DNA from: Desulfatiglandales bacterium | GTDB taxonomy: Bacteria; Desulfobacterota; DSM-4660; Desulfatiglandales; Desulfatiglandaceae | Length of the DNA: 64,000 nucleotides | NCBI GenBank assembly: GCA_963662465.1 | Contig: OY759599.1 | Coordinates: 4,736,001 to 4,800,000, forward strand | Reading direction: 5' to 3' | In this document: in pieces, positions 18,883-29,046 of the stretch | Numbering within the stretch: the first letter of the stretch is position 1 | Layout of the letters: every line of letters begins with the position of its first letter | Notes under the pieces: generated by a model | Databases searched by the model: none | What the model saw: only the letters and a program-made list of their open reading frames with translations | Told to the model about the DNA's origin: nothing | Made by a program: the position numbers and the translations under genes

Positions 18883-19986
18883 CTAAAAATCGGGGGTCAG
18901 TACAATCCGCTTCATGGGCGGCGTTTTATGGGCCTCGGCAAATGTCTCGGCAATGGTACTCATGGGGCGAACTTCAACAAATTCTTCCATATTGATCTTG
19001 CCGCTCAGAACCATATTCAGCACAATTGGATAATACTCGGGAAGACATCCCCAGGTACCGATCATCTCGGCATCAAAGGCCATCAGACGACCAATGGCAT
19101 ATTCCGTCTTGGCCATGCCGAATCCCACCACAATTAATTTGCCGGTGAATCCAAGCAGGGTCAACGCAATCTCCTGACCACCCTTCGACCCGGTCACTTC
19201 AAAAATCTTCCATCCAAAATTGGGGAGGGCGTTTTCTTTGCATATCCCCTTGAATTCCTTGGACACGCTCCTGGCATCCTTGCCTGTGGAGTTGATGACG
19301 AAATCGGCCCCAAAGTTAAGGGCCCGATCCAGTTTTTCCTGATTTCTGGCGATCCCAACGACGGTTTTTGCCCCCAATGCCTTGGCCACCTGCCCCATAT
19401 ATTGACCCACACCGCCGGTAATTCCAACCACCACGACATTGTCGCCCGGCTGCAGGTCGGCCCTTTTGGCCGCCTGGTAAGGCGTGGTCGCGGCATCGGC
19501 GACGACAGCCAAATGGGAAAGGGGCATGTCTCCCCGCTTCCCCACTTCGCAAAGATCAATGCTTGGAACCGGTATATGGCTTGAAAAACCACCATAGAGT
19601 CCGATACTGTTGCCCGGCATTTTCTGGGCGAGGCACCGATTTCCCCGGCCGGTCTTGCAGAGAATGCACTTTCGACAGGGCATCACCGCTGGGATAATAA
19701 CCTCTTTTCCCAGCCACTTTTTATCTCCATCAACAACGGTGCCGGAAATTTCGTGCCCTAATGTCAACGGGGGTTTGGAAACCGTGGGTACGCCGTCATA
19801 AAAATATCCAAGGTCCGTGTGACACACGCCGCAGCCGGCCACTTCCACCAAAACCTCGTCGGGCTGAAGCGCGGGAACGGGTATTTCCGTTTTTTCAAGT
19901 TTACCGGGGGTCACTTCGCCTGTTTCCCGGTTGCGCATTGTGGGCTGAACCATCTGCCAAGTTTGGATTTTATCGGGTATTGCCAT
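18883..19986 (-). CDS. had: 6-hydroxycyclohex-1-ene-1-carbonyl-CoA dehydrogenase (Had/BamQ)
   Basis: Zn-ADH: GCGVCHTDLGYFYDGV, LGHEISG, QKMPGN, LMAFDA..GTWGC. Confidence 0.95.
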   Translation of the reverse strand: MAIPDKIQTWQMVQPTMRNRETGEVTPGKLEKTEIPVPALQPDEVLVEVAGCGVCHTDLGYFYDGVPTVSKPPLTLGHEISGTVVDGDKKWLGKEVIIPAVMPCRKCILCKTGRGNRCLAQKMPGNSIGLYGGFSSHIPVPSIDLCEVGKRGDMPLSHLAVVADAATTPYQAAKRADLQPGDNVVVVGITGGVGQYMGQVAKALGAKTVVGIARNQEKLDRALNFGADFVINSTGKDARSVSKEFKGICKENALPNFGWKIFEVTGSKGGQEIALTLLGFTGKLIVVGFGMAKTEYAIGRLMAFDAEMIGTWGCLPEYYPIVLNMVLSGKINMEEFVEVRPMSTIAETFAEAHKTPPMKRIVLTPDF

Positions 19987-20035
19987 TGTAATCCTCCTTA
20001 TTGGTTATCATAAGTGGTTATGCTGCCGGTCTTGA

Positions 20036-20788
20036 CTAGATCATGCCATAGCCCCCGTCAACACACAGCAGCTGGCCTGTAATGTAATCGCTGTCATCGG
20101 ACGCCAGAAACACGAAAGCCGGCGCAATGTCTTTGGGTTCGGCAAAACGTTTCAAAAGGATCCGGTTCATATAAATTTCGTTCAGTTTTTCATCGGATCG
20201 AATCTTCTCCGTCATATCGGTGGCCACAATCCCCAGGCTGATGACATTGCAGCAAACGTTATATCGCGCCAACTCCCGCGCAATAGACTTGGTCATGCTG
20301 AGAAGGCCGCCCTTTGCCGCGCTGTAATTGACCTGCCCCACGGTTCCCACGAGACCTGCCACGGAGGTGACGTTGATAATCTTTCCGTTTTTCTGTTCCT
20401 TCATCCGAATGCCGGCGGCCTGAGCACAGAGAAATGCGCCTTTCAGGTGAATATCCACCACCTGATCCCATTGGTCCTCGGTCATCTTCAGCATCAACGA
20501 GGGCCGGGTGAATCCCGCGTTGTTCACGAGGATATCCAGCCTTCCAAAGGCCTCCACCGCGGCCCCAACCAGGTTCTCCGCCTCTTCTTTTTTCGCCACG
20601 TCCGCTTTGACGGCGATGGCGTCGCTCCCCAGGGCTTTAATAGCGTCAACCACCTCCATGGCGGCTTTTTCATTGGAGGTATAATTCACCACCACCTTTG
20701 CACCTTCCGCTGCAAATCCAAGGGCGACGGCTCTTCCCACGCCTCGGCTACTACCGGTCACCAAAGCGATTTTATCTTTAAGTTTCAT
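20036..20788 (-). CDS. FabG-like short-chain dehydrogenase (probable 3-hydroxyacyl-CoA dehydrogenase)
   Basis: TGSSRGVG, NNAG, YSAAK; first gene of the had-oah-dch unit. Confidence 0.85.
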   Translation of the reverse strand: MKLKDKIALVTGSSRGVGRAVALGFAAEGAKVVVNYTSNEKAAMEVVDAIKALGSDAIAVKADVAKKEEAENLVGAAVEAFGRLDILVNNAGFTRPSLMLKMTEDQWDQVVDIHLKGAFLCAQAAGIRMKEQKNGKIINVTSVAGLVGTVGQVNYSAAKGGLLSMTKSIARELARYNVCCNVISLGIVATDMTEKIRSDEKLNEIYMNRILLKRFAEPKDIAPAFVFLASDDSDYITGQLLCVDGGYGMI

Positions 20789-20884
20789 TATGTTTTCCCT
20801 CTTCCCAAGAGTATAATCCATCAATATGGAGATCCATCAATATGTCTCAGCGCTATATTATAGCCACATTATAATTACGGAAGG

Positions 20885-20913
20885 AATTTAGTGAAAATCG
20901 AATTCCCTGTCAA
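20885..20913 (-). promoter_or_regulatory. Sigma70-type promoter of the SDR-had-oah-dch unit
   Basis: TTGACA-N17-TAAATT on the minus strand. Confidence 0.5.
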
Positions 20914-21055
20914 GAAAAATCGGAAATGACGCCATTTTAGATGAAAGGGGGAAAACCGTCAGTGTTTTTATCCTTGATGAATAGTATGAATTCATATATA
21001 CTAAAAATTTTTATTTTTTAAAAGTGACACGTCGCTCCATAAAAGAGGTTTTTAT

Positions 21056-21997
21056 ATGAAAAAAAGACTTTTGGAAATGCTGATCTGCCCTTCATGCCTC
21101 CCCGAAGAACGGAAATTACAGCCAAACATCAAAGCGGAAAAGAACGACGATATTATTGAAGGGTCCTTATCATGTGTATACTGCGGCAGGGAATATTCAA
21201 TAAAAAACGGCATTGCCTTCCTGGATCCGGCTTCATCCCATGAAAATCGGAAGCCCCCTTCAAAATATGAAGCGGCATCGGTTCTCTCATCCTACATGTG
21301 GAGTCATTACGGAGATCTCCTGCAGGACGAAAATGCTTCAGCAGCCTACCAAGACTGGAACGATCTAATGCGACCCTCATCCGGAATCGCTATTGACGCG
21401 GGTTCCGCCGTAGGCCGCTTCACCTTTGAACTGAGCCGAAAAAATGAGTTTGTTATCGGCATCGATAATTCCCATTCCTTTATTCAAACGGCCAGGGAAT
21501 TGATGCTCAAACGGGAAAAAGAAATCCAATTGCAAGAGGAAGGCTTTGTGACCCAAAAAACAAAAGTGGTTCTGCCTGAACAATGGAAAAGTGCGAATAT
21601 GGAATTCCTGGTGGCAGATGCCATGGCATTGCCCTTCAGATCCGAGACCTTTTCTTCCCTTGCCTCTCTGAATCTTGTGGATAAAGTTTCCATGCCCTTG
21701 AAACATCTCAAGGAAATGAACCGTGTGGCAACACCCGCGGAGACTCAATTCCTCTTTTCCGATCCCTTTTCATGGTCGGAAGAGGCAGCTAAACCGGAAA
21801 ACTGGCTGGGGGGCACCCACGACGGTCCTTATTCGGGAAGCGGCATAGACAATGTGAGGGGCATCTTGAACGGTCGTGAGGACGGGTTGCGTCCTCGATG
21901 GAATGTCGAGAAATATGGCCACATCTGGTGGAAAATCAGGACCCATCAAAATCATTTTGAGCTGATTCGAAGTTGTTACGTGAAAGCCAACCGGTGA
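21056..21997 (+). CDS. Trm112-like Zn-ribbon domain + class I SAM methyltransferase (OvoA C-terminal-like)
   Basis: LEMLICPSC..CVYCGREYSIKNGIA; IDAGSAVGRFTFEL, GIDNS, LNLVDK, SDPFSW..NWLGG. Confidence 0.75.
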   Translation: MKKRLLEMLICPSCLPEERKLQPNIKAEKNDDIIEGSLSCVYCGREYSIKNGIAFLDPASSHENRKPPSKYEAASVLSSYMWSHYGDLLQDENASAAYQDWNDLMRPSSGIAIDAGSAVGRFTFELSRKNEFVIGIDNSHSFIQTARELMLKREKEIQLQEEGFVTQKTKVVLPEQWKSANMEFLVADAMALPFRSETFSSLASLNLVDKVSMPLKHLKEMNRVATPAETQFLFSDPFSWSEEAAKPENWLGGTHDGPYSGSGIDNVRGILNGREDGLRPRWNVEKYGHIWWKIRTHQNHFELIRSCYVKANR

Positions 21998-22032
21998 ATA
22001 AAGTGGTTCACGGATGATATCTCATTTTCCCT

Positions 22033-23961
22033 TCAACACCACCTTTCCCGCCACAATTCCCACATGAGAAGGGCCCACAGCCGATAACAGTGGTTGGCCC
22101 GACCGGAAAGGTGTTCCTTTCGTTGTGCCTCAACGAGGTCAGGATCGAAGAGCCCTTCTTTTTTCAATCGATCCACGGACAGGTAATCCGAAAGCATCTC
22201 TTTCAACTCGCCTCGAAACCATCTTTCAATGGGCACGCCAAATCCCATCTTGGGTCGTTCAAAAAGGGTCTCCGGTACATAGCGCGACAGTAGTTTTCTA
22301 AGAAGATATTTCCCCCTGCCCTTCCGATATTTCAAATGATCCGGCAGACAAGATGTGAATTCCACCACCCGGTGGTCCAGGAGCGGCACGCGAACCTCCA
22401 GGCTTACAGCCATGCTGGCCCGATCCACCTTGGTCAACATGGCATCGGGAAGGTAGGTTTTCTGGTCCACCCGCATGAGCCGACTAAGGATGGGCCAACC
22501 TTCCGTGTCCCTGAACGCTTCTTCATATTGGCTCTCCACAAGATCCCCATGAAGAAGATCCGACATCATATCCCGTGACCACAGTTGAATGGTCATCCGG
22601 TAGAGGGACTGGAGATCTCCCCCCTGCATGAGATTTACCAATTTTTGCCACTTGTCGGGGAAATTAGCCACATTGAACCGCTGGGGAAGAGAGTGCCGCC
22701 AAGGCATGTAGCATCGTTCCACCCAGGAAGCGGGAATTTTCGCCAGTGCTGATCCCAGGGGATTTCTGATCCTTTCCGGCATCCGTTGAAACATCTCGGC
22801 CATAGCCCGGGTACTCCAATAGCGGACATAGCCCGCGAATTGCTCGTCCCCCCCGTCTCCTGAAAGGGCTACAGTCACCCGGGAACGGGCCAGTTTTGAA
22901 ACCAGGAATGTGGGCACTGCGGACGCATCGGCAAAGGGTTCGTCATAGATTTCCGGCAGACGGGGGATGACTGCTAAAGCGTCCCCGGGGGTCACATAAA
23001 ACGCGGTGTGGTCCGTTTTCAGGTGTTCGGCCACTTTTGCGGCCCAGGGCGCCTCATTAAACCCTGGCTCATTGAAGCCGATGCTGAAGGTCTTGACGGG
23101 GGCATTGCTCACTTTCCGCATCAGGGCCGCCACAATTGATGAATCAATGCCGCCACTTAAAAGCCCCCCCAGCGGCACATCGCTGATCAATCGATCGGAC
23201 ACCGCGTCCGTCAAAAGGCGGTCCAGCTCTTCCAGAGCATCCACTTCCCGTTGAATGGGCATTGGCGCATCCCCCTGGTGATCAGGCAGGGCCCAGTAGG
23301 AGTTTATCGTCAGATCGCCCTGATGGAACCGGGCAAAATGACCGGGCAAAAGCTTGAAGGTATTTTTAAAGACCGTCCGGGGGGCGGGGATATACTGGTA
23401 ATGCAAAAAGAGGGGGATCGCACCAGGGTCCAGGTCTCTGGGAAATCCGGAAAGTCCCATAAGGGCTTTCAGTTCCGATGCAAAAAAAAGGGCTTCCGGC
23501 GCCAAATAATAGAACAGGGGTTTGATTCCCAGACGATCCCTGGCCAAAAAAAGGCATTCCTCCGTTTCATCCCACAGGGCCAGAGCAAACATGCCCGTAA
23601 AGCGCTTCAGGCAATCCATGCCCCATTGTCGGTAGGCAGTGAGAATCACCTCCGTGTCGGTATCGGTTCGAAAGAAATGTCCCAGACCTTTCAGGGTCTT
23701 TCGAATTTCCTTGAAGTTATACACCTCGCCATTATAGACGATTTGAACCCGGCCATCGTCGCTTGCCATGGGCTGACGGCCGGCTTCAGAAAGGTCGATC
23801 ACCGACAACCGTCGATGTCCCAGCCCCAGTCCATGTTTTTCATCAAAAAAAAGACCCGAATCATTGGGGCCCCGGTGGGACAGCGTCAGCAGACTTTCGG
23901 GTAAAGATGCCTGCAATCGCTTGAAATTAAGCTTTGAAATGAAACCTGTAATGCCGCACAT
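22033..23961 (-). CDS. asnB: Asparagine synthase (glutamine-hydrolysing)-family amidotransferase, probably glycan amidation
   Basis: MCGITG, HRGPND, LSGGIDSS, SGDGGDE, RPKMGF. Confidence 0.92.
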   Translation of the reverse strand: MCGITGFISKLNFKRLQASLPESLLTLSHRGPNDSGLFFDEKHGLGLGHRRLSVIDLSEAGRQPMASDDGRVQIVYNGEVYNFKEIRKTLKGLGHFFRTDTDTEVILTAYRQWGMDCLKRFTGMFALALWDETEECLFLARDRLGIKPLFYYLAPEALFFASELKALMGLSGFPRDLDPGAIPLFLHYQYIPAPRTVFKNTFKLLPGHFARFHQGDLTINSYWALPDHQGDAPMPIQREVDALEELDRLLTDAVSDRLISDVPLGGLLSGGIDSSIVAALMRKVSNAPVKTFSIGFNEPGFNEAPWAAKVAEHLKTDHTAFYVTPGDALAVIPRLPEIYDEPFADASAVPTFLVSKLARSRVTVALSGDGGDEQFAGYVRYWSTRAMAEMFQRMPERIRNPLGSALAKIPASWVERCYMPWRHSLPQRFNVANFPDKWQKLVNLMQGGDLQSLYRMTIQLWSRDMMSDLLHGDLVESQYEEAFRDTEGWPILSRLMRVDQKTYLPDAMLTKVDRASMAVSLEVRVPLLDHRVVEFTSCLPDHLKYRKGRGKYLLRKLLSRYVPETLFERPKMGFGVPIERWFRGELKEMLSDYLSVDRLKKEGLFDPDLVEAQRKEHLSGRANHCYRLWALLMWELWRERWC

Positions 23962-23980
23962 ACACCCTTACGCCTTTCCT

Positions 23981-24859
23981 TTAAGCCTTGTTTTTGTCAT
24001 AATCTTTTTGGCAATTTTTCCAAACCTGCCGCCAACGCCTGATTTCCCGCGGATCTACCGGAATGGAGCGGTGCCGCAGAATTCGGTAATTGAGTCCTGT
24101 CGTGATGGCAAAAGTCTCGATCAGGGCTTTTATGATATTCTCCAAAACGCCTGAGGCCAGGAAATAATTTTTGTCCAGGACAGATCGGATGATCAATGCC
24201 TTTGAAAAATAATACCGACTTTTCAAAATATTTTCCAGTGAAAGGGAATTTTTTTGGTACCCCAGCAAAATGTTGGGCAGACAGGCAAACCGACAGATTC
24301 TGTAGGTGCGCAGCAGGATTTCCTGGTCCTGGGATTTGTTCATGTCAACCCGATAGGGGTATTTACGAAACCAGTCTGTTCGGCCCATCCAGGTGGGATG
24401 GGGAAAATAGAACCCGGATATTGGGCGGTTGCAGATTTCCTTATGGGTTTGATTGAAGGTGTAGGTGCCGATGATCCGGCCGTCTTCTGCAAAAATGATA
24501 ATGCGACTGGCCAGTAGATCAATTTCGGGGTGGCTTTCCAGGTACGCCACCTGTTTCGCCAACCGTTCGGGATAGGCCAGATCACCGCTGTCCATGCGTG
24601 CGAAGTATTTTCCACGGCTCAATGACACGCACTGATTCAGGCGAGTGGGAAGCTTCCTGTTTCGCCCATCTGAATACACCTGGATTCTCGAATCGTCCAT
24701 ATTCCGGGCAAGCCGAACCGTGTGGTCTGTTGAACCGTCATCCATAAGAATCAATTCCCAATGGTGATGGGTCTGGTTTTGAAGGGAACGGATGGTGGGA
24801 AGAAGCTCTTTTTCACCGTTATGGACGGACATGCCGATACTGATCAGGGGCTGCTGCAA
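23981..24859 (-). CDS. GT2 glycosyltransferase
   Basis: ISIGMSVHN, DDGSTD, ARMDSGD. Confidence 0.85.
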   Translation of the reverse strand: MQQPLISIGMSVHNGEKELLPTIRSLQNQTHHHWELILMDDGSTDHTVRLARNMDDSRIQVYSDGRNRKLPTRLNQCVSLSRGKYFARMDSGDLAYPERLAKQVAYLESHPEIDLLASRIIIFAEDGRIIGTYTFNQTHKEICNRPISGFYFPHPTWMGRTDWFRKYPYRVDMNKSQDQEILLRTYRICRFACLPNILLGYQKNSLSLENILKSRYYFSKALIIRSVLDKNYFLASGVLENIIKALIETFAITTGLNYRILRHRSIPVDPREIRRWRQVWKNCQKDYDKNKA

Positions 24860-24860
24860 T

Positions 24861-26057
24861 CTATTGCTCCGGAAACATGCGGCCGGGCCAGCCCGATGCC
24901 GTAAAAGTTTTTTTGCCGAAAAAACGCCAGCTCAGCTCAAAGACCAGTCTTCGAGCAGCGCGGGGACCACGTGCTTTCCCCCAAACCAACATGGCGGGAA
25001 ACACCAGCGCCTGACGCAGAAACCGCAATCCGAAATTCATGGCATGGTCCCGCGATATTTGACCAAAGGAAGTCCACAAGCGCTCTGGTTCGTCTATTGC
25101 CCCGTGACCCTTTGCCAATAGAACGAAGTCAAGGACCTTTCTTAAGCGGTCTTCATAGGTATGATCCGACCGGGTTCGTTCATAACCGGCTAAGGCAATT
25201 TGATCCCGTTTGTCGAAGTGAGAGAGGTAGTATTTGATTTTATCCGCAAGTTCTTTCGGATTGTGAAAAACGTCGATTTCCTTCTCAATGGTGTAGACGG
25301 CCTCAAGGCCAGGCGTGTATTCGGTCAGCAAAAATCCCCCGGCGCCGGGAACTTCAAAGGTTCTGGCTTTAATCTGTTTCCCGCCCCTTCCGCTTGCGTT
25401 GGAGAAATTGAGGCTGATCACTGATTCACGCATGATTTTCGGGATATCTTGGCTCGGCACCGGACCGGAAAGCCATCCGTACCCGAAACATGCCACCGCC
25501 ACACCGAGGGACTTTAAATATTTGATTTGCTGTTTTCGGTTTCCATGTGCCGCACCCACAAAAGTAACCGGGTAAATACATTCCTTCGCTTTTAATGGCG
25601 CTTTCAGATTTGTACCATTTGTCGCCCATTGGGTTAGCAGTACATTAAAGATTCCGTCCCGATGATAGAAGGGAATGGTTTCAGGGTAGGTTGTTGTCAT
25701 AGCATGGTAAGCTTTTCCGATGAAGCGCGATACTTCCCGGTATTTCCAGGAATCGTCTGTGGTCCAGCAGATGGTTGCCACCGAACTATAGTCTTTTAGG
25801 GTGTTAAGGGTTTCAGTCCATACTTCGTAGTTGAGCTGAACAGCGAGAATCACCTGAGGCCTTTCACGCTCGACTGTGGTCAGCAGATGCTTGTTCAACA
25901 CCGCAAAATCCGGGTAAAATCGCCGATCCCACGATTCAAAATGGATCACTTCATGGCCCAGGTTCTTAAGGGAAGGCACGAAGGCGGCATACTCCGTTCC
26001 CAGCCCCCGAGAGGGATCTCCATATTGATGTTTTCCGAAAACACACAGGATTTTCAC
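24861..26057 (-). CDS. CgeB-like GT-B glycosyltransferase
   Basis: VTFVG, ISLNF, QIKARTFEVPGAGGFLLTE, HTYEDR. Confidence 0.85.
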   Translation of the reverse strand: MKILCVFGKHQYGDPSRGLGTEYAAFVPSLKNLGHEVIHFESWDRRFYPDFAVLNKHLLTTVERERPQVILAVQLNYEVWTETLNTLKDYSSVATICWTTDDSWKYREVSRFIGKAYHAMTTTYPETIPFYHRDGIFNVLLTQWATNGTNLKAPLKAKECIYPVTFVGAAHGNRKQQIKYLKSLGVAVACFGYGWLSGPVPSQDIPKIMRESVISLNFSNASGRGGKQIKARTFEVPGAGGFLLTEYTPGLEAVYTIEKEIDVFHNPKELADKIKYYLSHFDKRDQIALAGYERTRSDHTYEDRLRKVLDFVLLAKGHGAIDEPERLWTSFGQISRDHAMNFGLRFLRQALVFPAMLVWGKARGPRAARRLVFELSWRFFGKKTFTASGWPGRMFPEQ

Positions 26058-26159
26058 AGTGCAACCTTGATGCCTGAGGATGTCCGTTTAGGCGCAGAAG
26101 CGCACATACACATCACCAAAGAGTTCAGCATTTAAGGGATGCTGACATCAAAGGGGGTT

Positions 26160-26915
26160 TCAGATCGGTTTTCTGAAATGAAAGAGCCCGAGTGCATAAA
26201 GCATATCATTGGTTTCGTCCAGATTTCCAGATTCCACAAACCGCCCGTCATCGTTTACATATGAAAATGCCAAAAGGTCCAAGTTCCTCAAGGTGTTTGG
26301 AATATCATGAGCGTCAAACACGTAACCGCCATTAAAATAAAGGGCCTTTCGCCCCACGGGAACGGAAAGAAGCAGGTTCCCTTTGGGCGCCGTAATTCGT
26401 TGAAGCTCCAGCATGCCTTTCCAGCAACCATCAGTATCCAACGGATCGCCGTATCGACCCAAACCCAGGTGCTCGATGACGTGCAAACATGTGAGGGAAG
26501 AAACACTTGAATCGCGAAAGGGAAGCCGATGGATATCTCCTGACAGCCTCCAATAGGACGAAAGTTCTATTTCGGGTGGACGAAACTCTACTTGAATGAC
26601 AGGACAAAATGCGGACAACTGGGCTGCAAACTGCACATGTGAGGCGATATCCACGTGTTGTCCGGCAGAGGGTAATGCCACAATTTTTTGGGTAGCCCAG
26701 TAGGCTTGATAAACATAATGGGGGTCAAAAATGCTTTTCTTTTTTCGCTCAAATAAAACCGGCAAGGTCCGGATGGGATAATCCCCTCGGTATTCCCGTC
26801 TAAACTGCTCTTTGTCTTTCATGTAAAGAGCGATTTCAGAAGGCGCACAAAGGAGATTCCTCGGATCCATCAACTCCTTTAAATTCTTAAGCATCACTGA
26901 AAAACGGAGCTTCAT
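26160..26915 (-). CDS. DUF268-type methyltransferase-fold protein
   Basis: HYVYQAYWA, HVDIAS, SLTCLHVIEHLGLGRYGDPLD. Confidence 0.75.
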   Translation of the reverse strand: MKLRFSVMLKNLKELMDPRNLLCAPSEIALYMKDKEQFRREYRGDYPIRTLPVLFERKKKSIFDPHYVYQAYWATQKIVALPSAGQHVDIASHVQFAAQLSAFCPVIQVEFRPPEIELSSYWRLSGDIHRLPFRDSSVSSLTCLHVIEHLGLGRYGDPLDTDGCWKGMLELQRITAPKGNLLLSVPVGRKALYFNGGYVFDAHDIPNTLRNLDLLAFSYVNDDGRFVESGNLDETNDMLYALGLFHFRKPI

Positions 26916-27637
26916 TTGATCGGTCCTTTGTCTTTTTTGACAGCGGTGATGTGGTATCCGAAGCAGAGCGTATTCACCTCTTTTTGGCTGGGATGCCGTT
27001 GTCTTAAATAATGATAAAGGAAAGCCGGAAACAACGCCATGAGCGCAAGAATTCCTTCGGAGCGAATAGATCGCGTTTCCTCGACCATGAGCCAGGCGTG
27101 ATAACTGCCAACGGGCGTGATCACGACATCCTGAAAACCATGTTCCTTCAAAAGGAACGACAGGTATCGATCACTGAACCCGGCAAAATAGAAGTAGGGG
27201 TCCATGTGACGAAGGGCGTTTGCCGGCACTGTGAGGATTAACGTCCCGTCTGGTTTCAGCAACCTTGAAAATTCCTTTACCGCTCGATTGGGGTAGGGGA
27301 TATGTTCAAGTACCTCCGTGCATAAAATTGTATCAAAGAAGGCATCTTTTTCATCGATCGCCCAAATATTACCCGTGTAGTCGAGCCTTCCGTATACATA
27401 AGGATCCTTTCCCGCTGTCAGGGAATCTTTTTCATCTTTTTCGTACCGTCCAAAGTCCTGTGCATAATAATTGAGGTGCTCGCAAACGTTGCGATACGGC
27501 TGCCTGCCGCATCCGGCATCCAGAATTGTGGTGTTTGCCGGAAGAAGACTTAACTGTTCTTCGATCCAGTCGTTGCGCTGGTATTTATTGTCCAAAAGCC
27601 TTCTTAAGGTCATTATGGGTCTTCTCAAGGGGGACAT
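26912..27637 (-). CDS. Class I SAM methyltransferase
   Basis: ILDAGCG, FDTILCTEVLEHIP, LLKPDGTLILTVP. Confidence 0.85.
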   Translation of the reverse strand: MSPLRRPIMTLRRLLDNKYQRNDWIEEQLSLLPANTTILDAGCGRQPYRNVCEHLNYYAQDFGRYEKDEKDSLTAGKDPYVYGRLDYTGNIWAIDEKDAFFDTILCTEVLEHIPYPNRAVKEFSRLLKPDGTLILTVPANALRHMDPYFYFAGFSDRYLSFLLKEHGFQDVVITPVGSYHAWLMVEETRSIRSEGILALMALFPAFLYHYLRQRHPSQKEVNTLCFGYHITAVKKDKGPIK

Positions 27638-29046
27638 CAGGAATTGCCACCTCTGGATTCATTATTCCGGCCCTGCCGGCGACACAATAGCTTTGCGCCA
27701 CGGGTTAATCGAATGCCGATCCCCATAAACCATGCGGCGTAAACAAATCCGGAAATTCCCAAGCCCCATACCACACCTTCAGGTCCGTAATGCTTTGACA
27801 AAAAAAAGGTAGAGACGGCGGCAACAAAAGCGGAAACAATTATGGGAAAAATATATTGTTTTGAACGTTTTGCCAGGAGACCAAAACCTGAAAAAACCTG
27901 ACCCAAGTAAAAAAACGCCCAGGCCGAAGCCAGGCCGGGCAATAGGGCCGAAAATGTCACATATTTGAGATTACTCGTGAGAAGGACAATTCTATAGTGA
28001 AAAAAAGCAAAACAAAAAATAATCCCGATTGCCCAGATAATATAAAGGCCGGTCATCAAATAAAGGATACCATTGGCCGATTGAACCGAGCCCGGGCAGT
28101 CCAAATTGCCCGCCCGTTGGTATGCGATTGGGACAAAGAGGTTGCTCAATAAATTGGCGCCAAAAATAAGGGGATATGCCGCCAAAACGGAAACGACCGA
28201 AAAGGCGCCCACCACATCGGCGCCATGGAAAGCTTGTAGGGACCATCTGTCGCAGGATTGATGAACCCAACCGACGATCCCCCAGATGCAAAACGGCCAT
28301 GAAAAGGCGAGAATCTCCTTTCCAAGCCCAGCTTCTGCATCGGTACCCGGCTTTTTTTTCCGCCCAACCGAAGGGTCAAAAGATACAGGACGAAAGGTCT
28401 TTTTGTAAAGATGTTCCACCATCAAAGCCGCCAGGAAGGCGGTGATGACATACCCCAAGATGACGCAATCCGCATTGTTAAACAGGGCAATTACGAAAAA
28501 CAGGGCCATAACCGGTTTCAAAAGCGCATTGCCCGTATTAACAAGGGCCACAATTTTGCGATTTCGCGCCGCCAGAAACAGCGAAAGCCTGAGGCCAAAA
28601 TACCCCGTGATGCCTCCTGCGATTAACGAAAGGGTCATGAGCACAATCCATCGAGGCCATCCCGTGGCAGCACAAATGAAAACCAGTATGAGGCTTACGC
28701 TTAGCGTAAATAAGACCAAACGTCCGGCAAAGCGATCTGTTAGGAGCAAAAACTCATCCTTCTGGTTCCGATCTTGACATATGGACCAGAAGCGCATGAA
28801 TCCTTGGCCTATGGGACCGAAAATATTGGCGCCCACAAGGAGCACAACCGTGTTTGCCAGGGCCATTCTTCCGAATTCGGCCGGATCGAGGACATGCGTC
28901 AGGATTTTCACGCCGAGAACGACTCCCAGGGCCGTGCCCAATTGTCCTATAAATACCCACAGGGCCTCGGATTTCAAGTTGGATATGCGCCGCACCCATG
29001 ATGTGATTTCAAAAGCCATATGCGATTTATTCAGTCGGACAGACAC
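27637..29046 (-). CDS. wzx: Wzx-type oligosaccharide flippase (MOP family)
   Basis: About 12 hydrophobic segments, LTHVLDPAEFG, DRWSL..GADVVGAFS; within a GT cluster. Confidence 0.8.
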   Translation of the reverse strand: MSVRLNKSHMAFEITSWVRRISNLKSEALWVFIGQLGTALGVVLGVKILTHVLDPAEFGRMALANTVVLLVGANIFGPIGQGFMRFWSICQDRNQKDEFLLLTDRFAGRLVLFTLSVSLILVFICAATGWPRWIVLMTLSLIAGGITGYFGLRLSLFLAARNRKIVALVNTGNALLKPVMALFFVIALFNNADCVILGYVITAFLAALMVEHLYKKTFRPVSFDPSVGRKKKPGTDAEAGLGKEILAFSWPFCIWGIVGWVHQSCDRWSLQAFHGADVVGAFSVVSVLAAYPLIFGANLLSNLFVPIAYQRAGNLDCPGSVQSANGILYLMTGLYIIWAIGIIFCFAFFHYRIVLLTSNLKYVTFSALLPGLASAWAFFYLGQVFSGFGLLAKRSKQYIFPIIVSAFVAAVSTFFLSKHYGPEGVVWGLGISGFVYAAWFMGIGIRLTRGAKLLCRRQGRNNESRGGNS

